Virus record (IMG/VR): IMGVR_UViG_3300025018_003594
Location: 1 to 26,127 of that record
Reading direction: 5' to 3' (one strand)
Length of the DNA stretch: 26,127 nucleotides
From: a virus
Lineage: Duplodnaviria > Caudoviricetes
Shown: piece by piece, positions 7,929 to 17,753 of the stretch
Layout of the letters: every line of letters starts with the position of its first letter
How positions within the stretch are numbered: the stretch's first letter is position 1
Translations under genes and position numbers: made by a program
Notes under the pieces: generated by a model
Databases searched by the model: none
The model's input: the letters and a program-made list of their open reading frames with translations, nothing else
What the model was told of the DNA's origin: nothing

Positions 7929-9187
7929 AAGATTGCCTCCTTACCAGTTAAGTCTTTAAATCTTTGAACAATGACCTCGCAAAAAATTGGATCAATTTCC
8001 ATTAAAAATGCTTGCCTATTCATTTGCTCACAAGCTACCAATGTTGAACCAGATCCACCAAATAAATCCAAGATCTTATCTTTGGATTTGCTACATCGCC
8101 TAAGAGGTTTTTCATGAAGTGTGACTGGCTTTTCAGTGGGTGTTAAATAACTTTGACCAGCTATTCTTTTAGCTAGCCAAATATCAAAAATATCCATAAT
8201 GTCTGAGTGAGAACGATTGCCAGTAGATATTTCATTATTGAAAATTTCACTAAGTTTGGTTTCATTACTATTTAGATATGGATTCCCAAGTATTCCGTAA
8301 GTACACGGTTCGTATGACTTATTGAAACTTACATTAGGAGTAGGATTAAATGAATTCTTAACCCACAAACACACTCGTTGATTTTTTATCCCAAGTTTTT
8401 TATACAACTGTTGGATCAACCAAATATAAGATTGGTCAGAATAATAAAAAAAGTGAGCATCTTTTTTCACAACAGATACTGCGTTTTTAAGAGTGTTTTC
8501 TAAAAATATGCTGTACTCTTCATCTGACTTATTATCTTTAACTTTAGTACCTCCGTACTTTCCCTTGGTACCAACGCCTTTGTCATAGCTTAAATTTATG
8601 TTGTAGATAGGGTCCGAATAGACAACATCTATTTTATTTTTCCCAACTAACTTTTGAACGTCTTCTAATTTTGTGGAGTCGCCACACAAAAGAAAATGCT
8701 GACCTAGTTGAAACAAGTCGCCAGTTTTAATATCAGTCGTCTTAATTTTGGCTACTGCTTTTTGAGAATCAAATTGATCGTCCTCGGTTGAAAATTGTTC
8801 ATCCCAAATTTGACTTAAATCCTGTTCATCAAATCCCACATCTAAGAGCAGAGATACATCGAATGTCTTTAGTAAGTCATAATCCCAAGAGCCTCCATTG
8901 ACATTAAGTCTCAAGTTTAATTCTTTCTCTTTTTCTAAAGAAAGATCTAGATAAACAACAGGAACAGTTTTATAACCTATTTTTTTGGCTACTGTGTATC
9001 TTGCATGACCACCAACAATGATGTTTTTTCTTTCTAAAGAAGAATTTACTATCAAGGGATCTACTAAGGAGAATCTTTTTATACTCTCCGTGAGATCCTG
9101 TTCTTGCTTATCAGAAAGTTTCCTCGGATTATAGATCGAGGGATTGAGTAGATTGATATCTACCTCTGTTATTTTTATGTTAGGCAT
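7919..9187 (-). CDS. ParB-like N-terminal domain fused to beta-class DNA methyltransferase (422 aa from ATG 9187)
   Basis: YNPRK...L.ESIKRF....PLIVN...IVGGHAR (ParB/Srx fold), then LLCGDST, SDPIYN, TPTEKP and LDLFGGSGST. AAGGGG SD precedes ATG 9187. Confidence 0.88.
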   Translation of the reverse strand: MPNIKITEVDINLLNPSIYNPRKLSDKQEQDLTESIKRFSLVDPLIVNSSLERKNIIVGGHARYTVAKKIGYKTVPVVYLDLSLEKEKELNLRLNVNGGSWDYDLLKTFDVSLLLDVGFDEQDLSQIWDEQFSTEDDQFDSQKAVAKIKTTDIKTGDLFQLGQHFLLCGDSTKLEDVQKLVGKNKIDVVYSDPIYNINLSYDKGVGTKGKYGGTKVKDNKSDEEYSIFLENTLKNAVSVVKKDAHFFYYSDQSYIWLIQQLYKKLGIKNQRVCLWVKNSFNPTPNVSFNKSYEPCTYGILGNPYLNSNETKLSEIFNNEISTGNRSHSDIMDIFDIWLAKRIAGQSYLTPTEKPVTLHEKPLRRCSKSKDKILDLFGGSGSTLVACEQMNRQAFLMEIDPIFCEVIVQRFKDLTGKEAILCK

Positions 9188-9213
9188 GTGGCCCCTTCTA
9201 TCTTGAGGCCAAC

Positions 9214-9269
9214 AAAAAAGCTGACACAAGATAATTAACCGTAAATTGGTTGACTATCTTGTATCAGCT
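9214..9269 (-). terminator. Long hairpin plus U-tract (intrinsic terminator/attenuator-like) in the leader of the methylase-terminase operon
   Basis: 22-nt arms 9219-9240 and 9248-9269 with 19/22 Watson-Crick pairs and a 7-nt loop. On the minus-strand RNA two mismatches become G-U pairs and a U run follows (A run 9214-9219). Confidence 0.6.
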
Positions 9270-9474
9270 GAGCTGATTTGCTTACTGGTCAAAGTAAGCG
9301 GTATCTTTAAAATTTACTTTTATACTAAACATAAGACTATCACTAGAAAATTAAGCTGTCAATAATGACGAGTATTGATATAGAAGCACATCAATACGCA
9401 CATTGATAACCCAAAGTAAGCAGTTTCGAGCTATAATGGAACATACCAAATTTGCAATTTTTGAAAAATACCAG

Positions 9475-10959
9475 ATGGAAAAAATTACTTTATCAAAATT
9501 AGAACAATATCTCTCCAAAGCAGCTTGGATTCTTAAAGGTCCAGTAGATGCAGCAGACTTCAAAGCATATATTTTCCCACTTCTTTTTTTTAAACGTATT
9601 TCTGATGTTTATGATGAAGAATATAAGATAGCATTGGATGAATCTGGCGGTGATGAAGAGTATGCTAATTTACCAGAGTTCCATAGATTTACTATTCCTG
9701 AAGGATGTCATTGGAAAGATGTTCGTGAGACTACTTCTAATGTCGGTCAAAAACTTCAATATGCCTTTCGTGAAATTGAGAAAGCCAACCAAAAACATTT
9801 GTTTGGTATTTTTGGGGATACTCAATGGAGTAATAAAGAAAAGTTGAGTGATGAATTACTTCTTAATTTATTAGAACATTTTTCTCAATATAATTTAGCA
9901 AATTCAAATGTTAATCCAGACATGCTTGGGCAATCTTATGAGTATCTCATCAAACATTTTGCTGATATCACTAATAAAAAGGCTGGTGAATTTTATACTC
10001 CACGTACAGTTGTAAAACTAATGGCTCAAATCCTTGATCCAAAAGAAGGCGATCGAATTTATGATCCAGCTTGTGGTACTGGAGGAATGTTACTTGAAGC
10101 TGTATCTCATGTTGAAAAAGAAAATAAAGATGCTCGTACTTTAAAACTTTATGGTCAAGAGAAAAATCTAACAACATCCGCCATTGCAAGAATGAACATG
10201 TTTTTACATGGCATTGAAGATTTCTCAATTGTTCGCGGTGATACTTTAAAAAATCCTGCTTTCTTTGACGGTGATAAGTTAGCAGTATTTAATTGTGTAG
10301 TTGCCAATCCACCTTTCTCTTTAAAAAAATGGGGTTCAAAAAGTTGGGAATCAGATCCATATGGTAGAAACCAATATGGATTGCCTTCAGACTCGAATGG
10401 AGATTTTGCCTGGGTTCAACACATGATTGCTTCAATGGATCCAATTACTGGCAGAATGGCAGTAGTTCTTCCTCATGGAGTACTTTTTAGAAAAGGTCAG
10501 GAAGGAAAAATTAGAGAAGCAATTCTTAAAGATGATTTACTGGAAGCCGTTATTGGCTTAGGAGATAATATTTTTTATGGAACTTCACTTGCCGCCTGTA
10601 TTTTAGTTTTTAGAAAACAAAAACCACTTAACCGAAAAAGCAAAGTTTTATTTATTGATGCCAATGACCAAGTGCGTGTAGGACGAGCTCAAAATTATTT
10701 AGAAAAAGAACATATAGAAACAATTTTTAACTGGTATTTAAATTTTGAAGAGGTTGAAAACTACGTCCACATTGCAGACCAAAAAGAAATATCAGAAAAT
10801 GACTTTAATTTAAATATTCCGCTATATGTCGAGAAAGAAATTGAAGATAATTTACCTTCTTTAGAAGAAGCGAAACTTGTTGTAAAAAATTCAGCAAATG
10901 AAGTTTGGGAAGCTGAAGAAGAATTTAAACAGCAGTTAAAGAAATTTGATTTAATATGA
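9475..10959 (+). CDS. hsdM: Type I R-M methyltransferase subunit M1 (NPPF), 494 aa from ATG 9475
   Basis: LLFFKRISD, AGEFYTP, YDPACGTGG, YGQE, ANPPF, VLPHGVLFR and FNLNIPLYV. Confidence 0.95.
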   Translation: MEKITLSKLEQYLSKAAWILKGPVDAADFKAYIFPLLFFKRISDVYDEEYKIALDESGGDEEYANLPEFHRFTIPEGCHWKDVRETTSNVGQKLQYAFREIEKANQKHLFGIFGDTQWSNKEKLSDELLLNLLEHFSQYNLANSNVNPDMLGQSYEYLIKHFADITNKKAGEFYTPRTVVKLMAQILDPKEGDRIYDPACGTGGMLLEAVSHVEKENKDARTLKLYGQEKNLTTSAIARMNMFLHGIEDFSIVRGDTLKNPAFFDGDKLAVFNCVVANPPFSLKKWGSKSWESDPYGRNQYGLPSDSNGDFAWVQHMIASMDPITGRMAVVLPHGVLFRKGQEGKIREAILKDDLLEAVIGLGDNIFYGTSLAACILVFRKQKPLNRKSKVLFIDANDQVRVGRAQNYLEKEHIETIFNWYLNFEEVENYVHIADQKEISENDFNLNIPLYVEKEIEDNLPSLEEAKLVVKNSANEVWEAEEEFKQQLKKFDLI

Positions 10960-12422
10960 TGACACAAAACCAACTAGAAAATTATCTTTGGGGAGCAGCT
11001 ACTTTGCTTCGTGGCGTTATTGATGCTGGAGATTACAAACAATATATTTTCCCTCTCATTTTTTATAAAAGAATTTGTGATGTTTATGATGAGGAATATC
11101 AAGAAGCTCTTGAAGATTCAGGTAATGATTTAGAGTTTGCTACATTTGCCGAAAATCATCGCTTCGTTGTACCAAAAGAATTTCACTGGAGTAAGGTACG
11201 AGAAGTAACTTCAAGTGTAGGCATGGCTTTACAAAAAGCTATGCAAGAAATTGAAAAAGCTAATCCAGATGTCCTCTATGGAATTTTTGGTGATGCTCAA
11301 TGGACTAATAAGCAACGTCTATCAGATGAAATTTTGCTTGATCTTATTGAACATTTTTCTAGCGAAAAACTTACTATTGAGAATGTCCCTGATGATAAGT
11401 TGGGTGATGCTTATGAATATCTAATTAAAAAATTTGCTGATGATAGTGGTCACACTGCAGCAGAGTTCTATACCAATCGCACAGTAGTGCAACTAATGAC
11501 TCAACTCATGAATCCTCAACCAGGAGAAAGTGTCTATGATCCTACATGTGGTTCTGGAGGATTACTTCTAAATTGCGCACTAGAATTAAAAAGACAAGGC
11601 AAAGAATATCGCACTCTTAAATTATTTGGTCAGGAAATAAATTTAATGACTTCTTCTATTGCTAGAATGAACATGTTTTTGCATGGAATTGAGGACTTCT
11701 CCATTAAACGAGGAGATACTCTTAAGGAGCCACTTTTTGTCGAAAATGATAGATTAAAAAAATTTAATGTAATTTTAGCTAATCCACCTTACTCTATTAA
11801 ACGATGGGATCGTAAGATGTTTGAGAGTGATCCTTATGGAAGAAATACATTAGGAACACCTCCACAGGGTTGTGCTGATTATGCTTTCCAGCAACATATT
11901 ATTCAAAGTTTAGATAGAGAAAATGGAAGATCAGTGGTTCTTTGGCCTCATGGAGTTTTATTCCGAGATCAAGAAAAAGACATGCGAAAGAAGCTTATTG
12001 AAATGGATTTAGTTGAAGCTGTCATAGGTCTTGGTCCAAATCTTTTTTACAACTCACCAATGGAATCATGTTTATTAATTTGCAGAACAAACAAAAAACC
12101 TAATCAAAGAAATAAAATTTTATTTATTAATGCAGTAAATGATGTTAAAGCTGAAACTGGAACAAGCTATCTTAAAGATGAACATATTGAGAAGGTCAGC
12201 AATGCGTTTCATAACTATGAAGATGTTGATGGATTTGCAAAAGTTGTAAAAAATGAAGATATTGAATTGCAAAAACACAACTTAAACATCTCTCTTTATG
12301 TCTCTGGTAGAACAAATAATAATAAAGAAAGCTTTGATACTGATCTATTGCCATTAATTCAGGATTGGAGCAAATCATCAATTAAGCTTAAAAACAGTAT
12401 TAAAGAATTAATTCATGAATAA
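10956..12422 (+). CDS. hsdM: Type I R-M methyltransferase subunit M2 (NPPY), 488 aa
   Basis: LENYLWGAA..LRG, AAEFYTN, YDPTCGSGG, ANPPY and WPHGVLFR. ATGA overlap with the M1 stop. Confidence 0.95.
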   Translation: MMTQNQLENYLWGAATLLRGVIDAGDYKQYIFPLIFYKRICDVYDEEYQEALEDSGNDLEFATFAENHRFVVPKEFHWSKVREVTSSVGMALQKAMQEIEKANPDVLYGIFGDAQWTNKQRLSDEILLDLIEHFSSEKLTIENVPDDKLGDAYEYLIKKFADDSGHTAAEFYTNRTVVQLMTQLMNPQPGESVYDPTCGSGGLLLNCALELKRQGKEYRTLKLFGQEINLMTSSIARMNMFLHGIEDFSIKRGDTLKEPLFVENDRLKKFNVILANPPYSIKRWDRKMFESDPYGRNTLGTPPQGCADYAFQQHIIQSLDRENGRSVVLWPHGVLFRDQEKDMRKKLIEMDLVEAVIGLGPNLFYNSPMESCLLICRTNKKPNQRNKILFINAVNDVKAETGTSYLKDEHIEKVSNAFHNYEDVDGFAKVVKNEDIELQKHNLNISLYVSGRTNNNKESFDTDLLPLIQDWSKSSIKLKNSIKELIHE

Positions 12423-13566
12423 ACAACTTTTTAACAAAAACCACTGGAAAAAGTTCAATTTTGGCGACATTGTTCAAGAAGTAAGAATCGCTGAGCACAA
12501 TCCAATTGAAAATGGTATTAAAAGATACATTGGACTTGAGCATATTGATTCAGAAGATTTACATATAAAATCTTGGGGAAATATAAAAGATGGGACAACT
12601 TTTTCTAGAAAATTTATAAAGGGACAATTGCTTTTTGGAAGAAGAAGAGCTTATCTCAAAAAAGCTGCGATTGCAGACTTTGATGGGATTTGTTCAGGAG
12701 ACATTTTAGTCTTTGAAGCAATCAAAGGTAAATTAATACCAGAATTGTTACCATTTATAGTTCAGAATGACAGGTTCTTTAATTTTGCTGTAGATGCATC
12801 TGCTGGATCGTTATCACCAAGAGTAAAGTTTAAAGATTTGGCAAAATTTAAACTTACTTTACCCACTTCTTTAGATGAACAAAAAGAGTTAGCCGATTTA
12901 TTGTGGGCCGGGGATAAATTGGTGAAAAAATATAATAATCTACTGAATAGATCTCAAAATCACATTGATGTTGCAATTTCCAATAAAATGATGAACCTTC
13001 CAGAAAATTTTCAAAAGGTTTCTGAATTATTATTAGAAAATCCAATGTATGGTGCTAGTAATAAAGCTGCACCTTACATTAATAATCAGTCAAGATATGT
13101 CAGAATCACTGATATTGATGACAATGGAAAATTAAAAAACGATACGAAAGTTTCAATGGATAACTACGATAGTAAATATGAGTTAAAACAAAATGACATA
13201 TTACTTGTAAGAACAGCTGAACCAGGAAAATCGTTCATATATAAATCTTCAATGGGAAAATGTGTATATGCTGGTTACTTAATTAAATTTGTTTTTGATT
13301 CTAAAAAAATATTTCCTGACTACTTTTATATATTTACCAAAACAAATTTATATCGGAGACAAATATTAAGACGACAAAAAAAGGGTACTCTCTCAAACAT
13401 TAACTCATCTCAATTTCAATCAATTAGATTAAACGTTCCTAACAAAGCTGAGCAAGAGGAAGTTATTAACCTATATTCTCAACTAACAAATAATATTAAT
13501 GACATTAATAAAATGATAGGTATAACTAGATCTCTTATCAAAAACATTACAAATGGGATATTTTAA
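12415..13566 (+). CDS. hsdS: Type I R-M specificity subunit, 383 aa
   Basis: Two target-recognition domains, each followed by a conserved P...EQ helix (LPTSLDEQ; VPNKAEQ). Lies directly after the hsdM genes. Confidence 0.92.
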   Translation: MNKQLFNKNHWKKFNFGDIVQEVRIAEHNPIENGIKRYIGLEHIDSEDLHIKSWGNIKDGTTFSRKFIKGQLLFGRRRAYLKKAAIADFDGICSGDILVFEAIKGKLIPELLPFIVQNDRFFNFAVDASAGSLSPRVKFKDLAKFKLTLPTSLDEQKELADLLWAGDKLVKKYNNLLNRSQNHIDVAISNKMMNLPENFQKVSELLLENPMYGASNKAAPYINNQSRYVRITDIDDNGKLKNDTKVSMDNYDSKYELKQNDILLVRTAEPGKSFIYKSSMGKCVYAGYLIKFVFDSKKIFPDYFYIFTKTNLYRRQILRRQKKGTLSNINSSQFQSIRLNVPNKAEQEEVINLYSQLTNNINDINKMIGITRSLIKNITNGIF

Positions 13567-14774
13567 TGGATAATAACGATAATCAATTTCAAAAAATATT
13601 TTTACCTTCTGATGAATCTAGAATAATAGATGCAACAAAAGATAACACTTTGACAAAAGGAAATTTTTCTGGAGGAAAATACTTTAGTATTCAATTCAGT
13701 GATGAAATAGGAGAATGGCAGATTTCACCAAAGATTAAATTAACTTTTTCTTTCATACCAGATAAGAATGATATTTCATACGTAAAAATTCAAAAACTTA
13801 AGAAGGTGTCAAATGAGTGGATTGAGCAAGAGTGCTTGAAACTTTCTAGCTTCGGCTTTAAACACATAGGAACACTTCTTAATTTTATAAGTAATGATCT
13901 AGACCTTAAAAGCGTTACTAATAAAAAATTAACAATTGCTGAAAATACAATAGATATTGATACTGAAACAATAAAAAAAATCAAAACTGTTTTGTCTGAT
14001 AACAAATCGCTTCAGTTTTTTAAAAAAACAATTCAAGACTTGATGAATAATAGCGAATTAGTTACTTCAGAAGATGTTGTGGCTGTTGGATATCGTAAAA
14101 ATGAGTTAAAAACATTTAAAAACTTACTCAACGAAACTGGCTTTATTGATAAGTATAAAAGTGATAACAAAATAATAAAACCAGGTTACGAATCAGTATG
14201 GCAATTCTTTTTTGAGAAAAATCCTTGGATATGGGGATATGGTTTAAGTTATGTTTGGAGTGGCCCATTTGATGAAAATCCTGTAGAAAAAATTGTCACC
14301 GGTCACACCTTTTTTCAAAGTGGGAAACGAGCTGATGGAGTCTTATCTACTATTAGCACTATTAAAAGCTTTGTTATAGTTGAAATCAAACTTCCAGATC
14401 ACGAATTACTAGAACAGGCTTCTAAAGCATATAGAAAAGAATGCTGGAAAATTTCTGGAGAGGTATCTGGTGGGATTTCACAATGTCAAAAAACTAAACA
14501 TAAATTTATTTCTCAAGTTAAAGATAAGCTCAATTTGACAAATAATGATGGTAATCCAACCGGCGAAACCATATATGCTATTAAACCAAAATCGTTTTTA
14601 ATTGTTGGAAATTTAGATCAATTCAAAACTGAGCACGGAGTAAATGAAGAAAAATATTCAAGTTTTGAATTGTTTAGAAATTCAAATATAGATCCAGAAA
14701 TAATTACATACGACGAACTTTATCAAAGAGCAAACCATATAGTGAACAATCAAATAAGTAAAAGTGTAGAATAA
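13566..14774 (+). CDS. sduA: Shedu anti-phage nuclease (DUF4263 C-terminal domain), 402 aa
   Basis: ESVWQFFFEKNPWIWG, RAD, IVEIKLP, GISQ, LIVG, FR....PEIITYDELYQRA are DUF4263 signatures. Variable N-terminal region of about 170 aa. Confidence 0.85.
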   Translation: MDNNDNQFQKIFLPSDESRIIDATKDNTLTKGNFSGGKYFSIQFSDEIGEWQISPKIKLTFSFIPDKNDISYVKIQKLKKVSNEWIEQECLKLSSFGFKHIGTLLNFISNDLDLKSVTNKKLTIAENTIDIDTETIKKIKTVLSDNKSLQFFKKTIQDLMNNSELVTSEDVVAVGYRKNELKTFKNLLNETGFIDKYKSDNKIIKPGYESVWQFFFEKNPWIWGYGLSYVWSGPFDENPVEKIVTGHTFFQSGKRADGVLSTISTIKSFVIVEIKLPDHELLEQASKAYRKECWKISGEVSGGISQCQKTKHKFISQVKDKLNLTNNDGNPTGETIYAIKPKSFLIVGNLDQFKTEHGVNEEKYSSFELFRNSNIDPEIITYDELYQRANHIVNNQISKSVE

Positions 14775-14778
14775 TAAT

Positions 14779-17745
14779 ATGTCATTTAACGAACTAAATA
14801 CAATCGAACCATATATCATAAAAAAGCTTTCTGGCTACACCCTTCCGCCAGAAGGAACTCTAGCTCTTGGTGAAGAACAAGCTATTTATGGCGACTATCC
14901 ATGGAAATATATTCATCCTAAATTACTCAAACGAAGTGAAACTGATATATTACTTGAGTCTGAAGTCGTTGAAGCTCTTAAAAAACTTAATCCAGAAATT
15001 GAAGCTCAACCAAGCAGAGCTGAAGAAGTACTTTATAGACTTAGGTCAGTTTTACTATCTGTTGATTCCATTGGCTTAGTAAAGGCAAACGAAGAATTTG
15101 CTAAATGGTTAGTTGGTGACAAGACCATGCCTTTTGGTGAAAACAATCAACATATTCCGATAAGACTAATTGATTTTGATAATTGGAAAAATAACTCTTA
15201 TATTGTCACCAACCAATACACAGTTCTAGGGAAGACAGAAAAAAGACCTGATCTCACATTTTTAGTAAATGGCATTCCTCTAGTTATTGGTGAATTAAAA
15301 ACACCAGTTAGACCAGCTATATCCTGGTTAGATGGTGCAGTAGATATCCATGATGACTATGAGAACACTATTCCCCAATTATTTGTTCCTAATCTATTTT
15401 CTTTTGCTACCGAAGGCAAAATGTACCGATATGGATCTGTGCGAATGCCACTTGAACTTTGGGGTCCATGGAAAACGCAAGAAAGTAAAAAGAAACATTT
15501 ACAACTAAAAGAAATTGATGTTGCCATTGAGGACCAGCTTCATCCAAAAACTTTGCTTGATTTACTAAAAAACTTTACTTTGTATGCAACAGATAATAAG
15601 AACAGAAGAATTAAAATTGTTGCTCGTTATCAACAATATGAAGGTGCTAATAAAATTGTTGAACGAGTTAAAGAAGGAAAACTCAAGCAAGGATTGATTT
15701 GGCATTTCCAAGGTTCTGGAAAATCATACCTAATTGTTTTTGCTGCTCAAAAACTGAGATTATCTCCAGAACTCAAAAGTCCTACTGTTTTAGTTATTGT
15801 TGATAGAACCGATCTTGATAGTCAGATGTCAAACAATTTTTCTGTTACAGAAATACCCAATGTTGTTCCTGCAGAAAGCATCCAAGATCTAAACAGATTA
15901 CTTGCCAATGACACTCGTAAAATTATTATTACCATGATGCATAAATTTAGAGATGTTACTGAGACTCTAAATGAAAGAGAAAACATAATTGCTTTAGTTG
16001 ATGAGGCTCATCGTACCCAAGAGGGTGATTTGGGAAGAAAAATGAGAACGGCTATTCCAAATGCTTTTCTTTTTGGTTTAACAGGAACTCCAATTAATAA
16101 AACAGACAGAAATACCTTTTATGCTTTTGGTTCTCCAGAAGATACTGAAGGATATATGTCGCTCTACTCATTTCATGAATCTGTGAGAGATGGGGCTACA
16201 CTTAAGTTGCATTTCGAACCACGATTGCTCAATATCCATGTAGATAAAGCTAGCGTGGATACTGCCTTTGCAGAAATAACACAGCATCTTACGAATGAGG
16301 ATAAACAACAATTAGTCAATCAGGCTGCTAAAATGTCTGCTTTCCTAAAATCTCCGAGCAGAATTGAAAAAATTGTTGCTGACATTGTTGAACACTTTAC
16401 ACAAAGAGTCGAACCACAAGGTTTTAAGGCAATGATAGTTGCTCCAGATCGTGAAGCGTGTGATATCTATAAACAAGAACTTGACAAAATATTCCCAGAA
16501 GAATCATCTGCTGTTGTAGTTTCAAGCTCTGCTAGTGATGCTTTGGAATTTAGAAGAAAATATGAACGAAGCAAAGATCAAGAAGAAAAAGTGTTAGACC
16601 ACTTTAAAGAACCATCACATCCACTTAAGATCGTGATTGTTACTTCTAAACTTCTTACTGGTTTTGATGCACCAATCTTACAATGCATGTACCTAGATAA
16701 ATCAATGAAAGATCATAATTTACTTCAAGCTATTTGTAGAACTAATCGCGTATACAAGGATAAATCTCATGGACTAATCGTTGATTACTTTGGTGTTTTT
16801 GATGATGTAGCAAAATCTCTTGAGTTCGATGATAAGAGTGTGCAAAGAGTAATTACTAATCTTTCTGAATTAAAAATGGAATTGCCAGATGCTATTGAAA
16901 AATGTATTTCTCATTTTCCAGATGTTGACCGTAGTGTAGAAGGTTTTGAAGGTTTGCAATTAGCTCAAGATTGTTTGCATTCAGATGAGAAAAAAGATGC
17001 ATTTGCAGCTGATTACAAATATTTGGCAAAACTTTGGGAAGCAATATCTCCCGACTTAGTTCTCAATCGCTATGAAAAAGATTATCGATGGATTTCTCAA
17101 GTTTACGAATCAATAAAACCTCCATCTGGTGATACAGGTAGATTGCTTTGGCATGCTCTAGGAGCACAAACAACTAAAATGATGCATGAGCATATTCATA
17201 TCGATACCATCAATGACGATTTGGAAAAAGTAATTTTAGACGCAGATCTTATTGAAAGCTTAACGCAAGCTTCAGATGATACAAAGATTAAAGAGATGGA
17301 AGGTGAAATTGCTAAACGACTAAAAAAACATTCTAATGATCCTCGTTTTGTTGCTCTAAGTGAAAAGCTTGAACAACTTAAAGATAGAGCTCTGCAAGGA
17401 TTAATTAGTAGCGTAGATTTTCTCAAAGGATTAGTTGATATTGCTCGAGATGTTGTTGCAACTGAAAAGGAAGTACAAACTGAAGAAGAGCGCAATAATG
17501 CTAAAACCGCTCTAACAGATTTATTTCTAGAAATAAAAACGGATGCTACTCCCGCCATAGTAGAACGAATTGTTAGTGATATAGATGAGATTGTCAAAAT
17601 TGTTAGATTTTCAGGCTGGCAATCTACCAATGCTGGTGAACGTGAAGTGCAAAGAGCACTGAGAAAAACTTTATTGAAATATAAGTTACATAAAGAAACT
17701 GAATTGTTTAATAAATGCTATAAATATATCAAGGAATATTATTAA
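14779..17745 (+). CDS. hsdR: Type I R-M restriction/translocase subunit, 988 aa
   Basis: RPD..FLVNGIPLVIGELK nuclease, HFQGSGKS, DEAHR, TGTP, LLTGFDAP and QAICRTNR helicase motifs. Confidence 0.97.
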   Translation: MSFNELNTIEPYIIKKLSGYTLPPEGTLALGEEQAIYGDYPWKYIHPKLLKRSETDILLESEVVEALKKLNPEIEAQPSRAEEVLYRLRSVLLSVDSIGLVKANEEFAKWLVGDKTMPFGENNQHIPIRLIDFDNWKNNSYIVTNQYTVLGKTEKRPDLTFLVNGIPLVIGELKTPVRPAISWLDGAVDIHDDYENTIPQLFVPNLFSFATEGKMYRYGSVRMPLELWGPWKTQESKKKHLQLKEIDVAIEDQLHPKTLLDLLKNFTLYATDNKNRRIKIVARYQQYEGANKIVERVKEGKLKQGLIWHFQGSGKSYLIVFAAQKLRLSPELKSPTVLVIVDRTDLDSQMSNNFSVTEIPNVVPAESIQDLNRLLANDTRKIIITMMHKFRDVTETLNERENIIALVDEAHRTQEGDLGRKMRTAIPNAFLFGLTGTPINKTDRNTFYAFGSPEDTEGYMSLYSFHESVRDGATLKLHFEPRLLNIHVDKASVDTAFAEITQHLTNEDKQQLVNQAAKMSAFLKSPSRIEKIVADIVEHFTQRVEPQGFKAMIVAPDREACDIYKQELDKIFPEESSAVVVSSSASDALEFRRKYERSKDQEEKVLDHFKEPSHPLKIVIVTSKLLTGFDAPILQCMYLDKSMKDHNLLQAICRTNRVYKDKSHGLIVDYFGVFDDVAKSLEFDDKSVQRVITNLSELKMELPDAIEKCISHFPDVDRSVEGFEGLQLAQDCLHSDEKKDAFAADYKYLAKLWEAISPDLVLNRYEKDYRWISQVYESIKPPSGDTGRLLWHALGAQTTKMMHEHIHIDTINDDLEKVILDADLIESLTQASDDTKIKEMEGEIAKRLKKHSNDPRFVALSEKLEQLKDRALQGLISSVDFLKGLVDIARDVVATEKEVQTEEERNNAKTALTDLFLEIKTDATPAIVERIVSDIDEIVKIVRFSGWQSTNAGEREVQRALRKTLLKYKLHKETELFNKCYKYIKEYY

Positions 17746-17753
17746 TCCAAGGT

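Noticed and set aside
5227-9187. Complete prophage
   Set aside because: No portal, capsid, tail, lysis or replication genes recognised in the window.
9403-9474. Extended N-termini from the ORF track (hsdM1 at 9403; also ParB-MTase at 9229 and lexA at 22050)
   Set aside because: Family-like sequence begins at ATG 9475, 9187 and 22092 respectively. For the ParB-MTase and lexA the extensions also run through hairpin or promoter/operator sequence.
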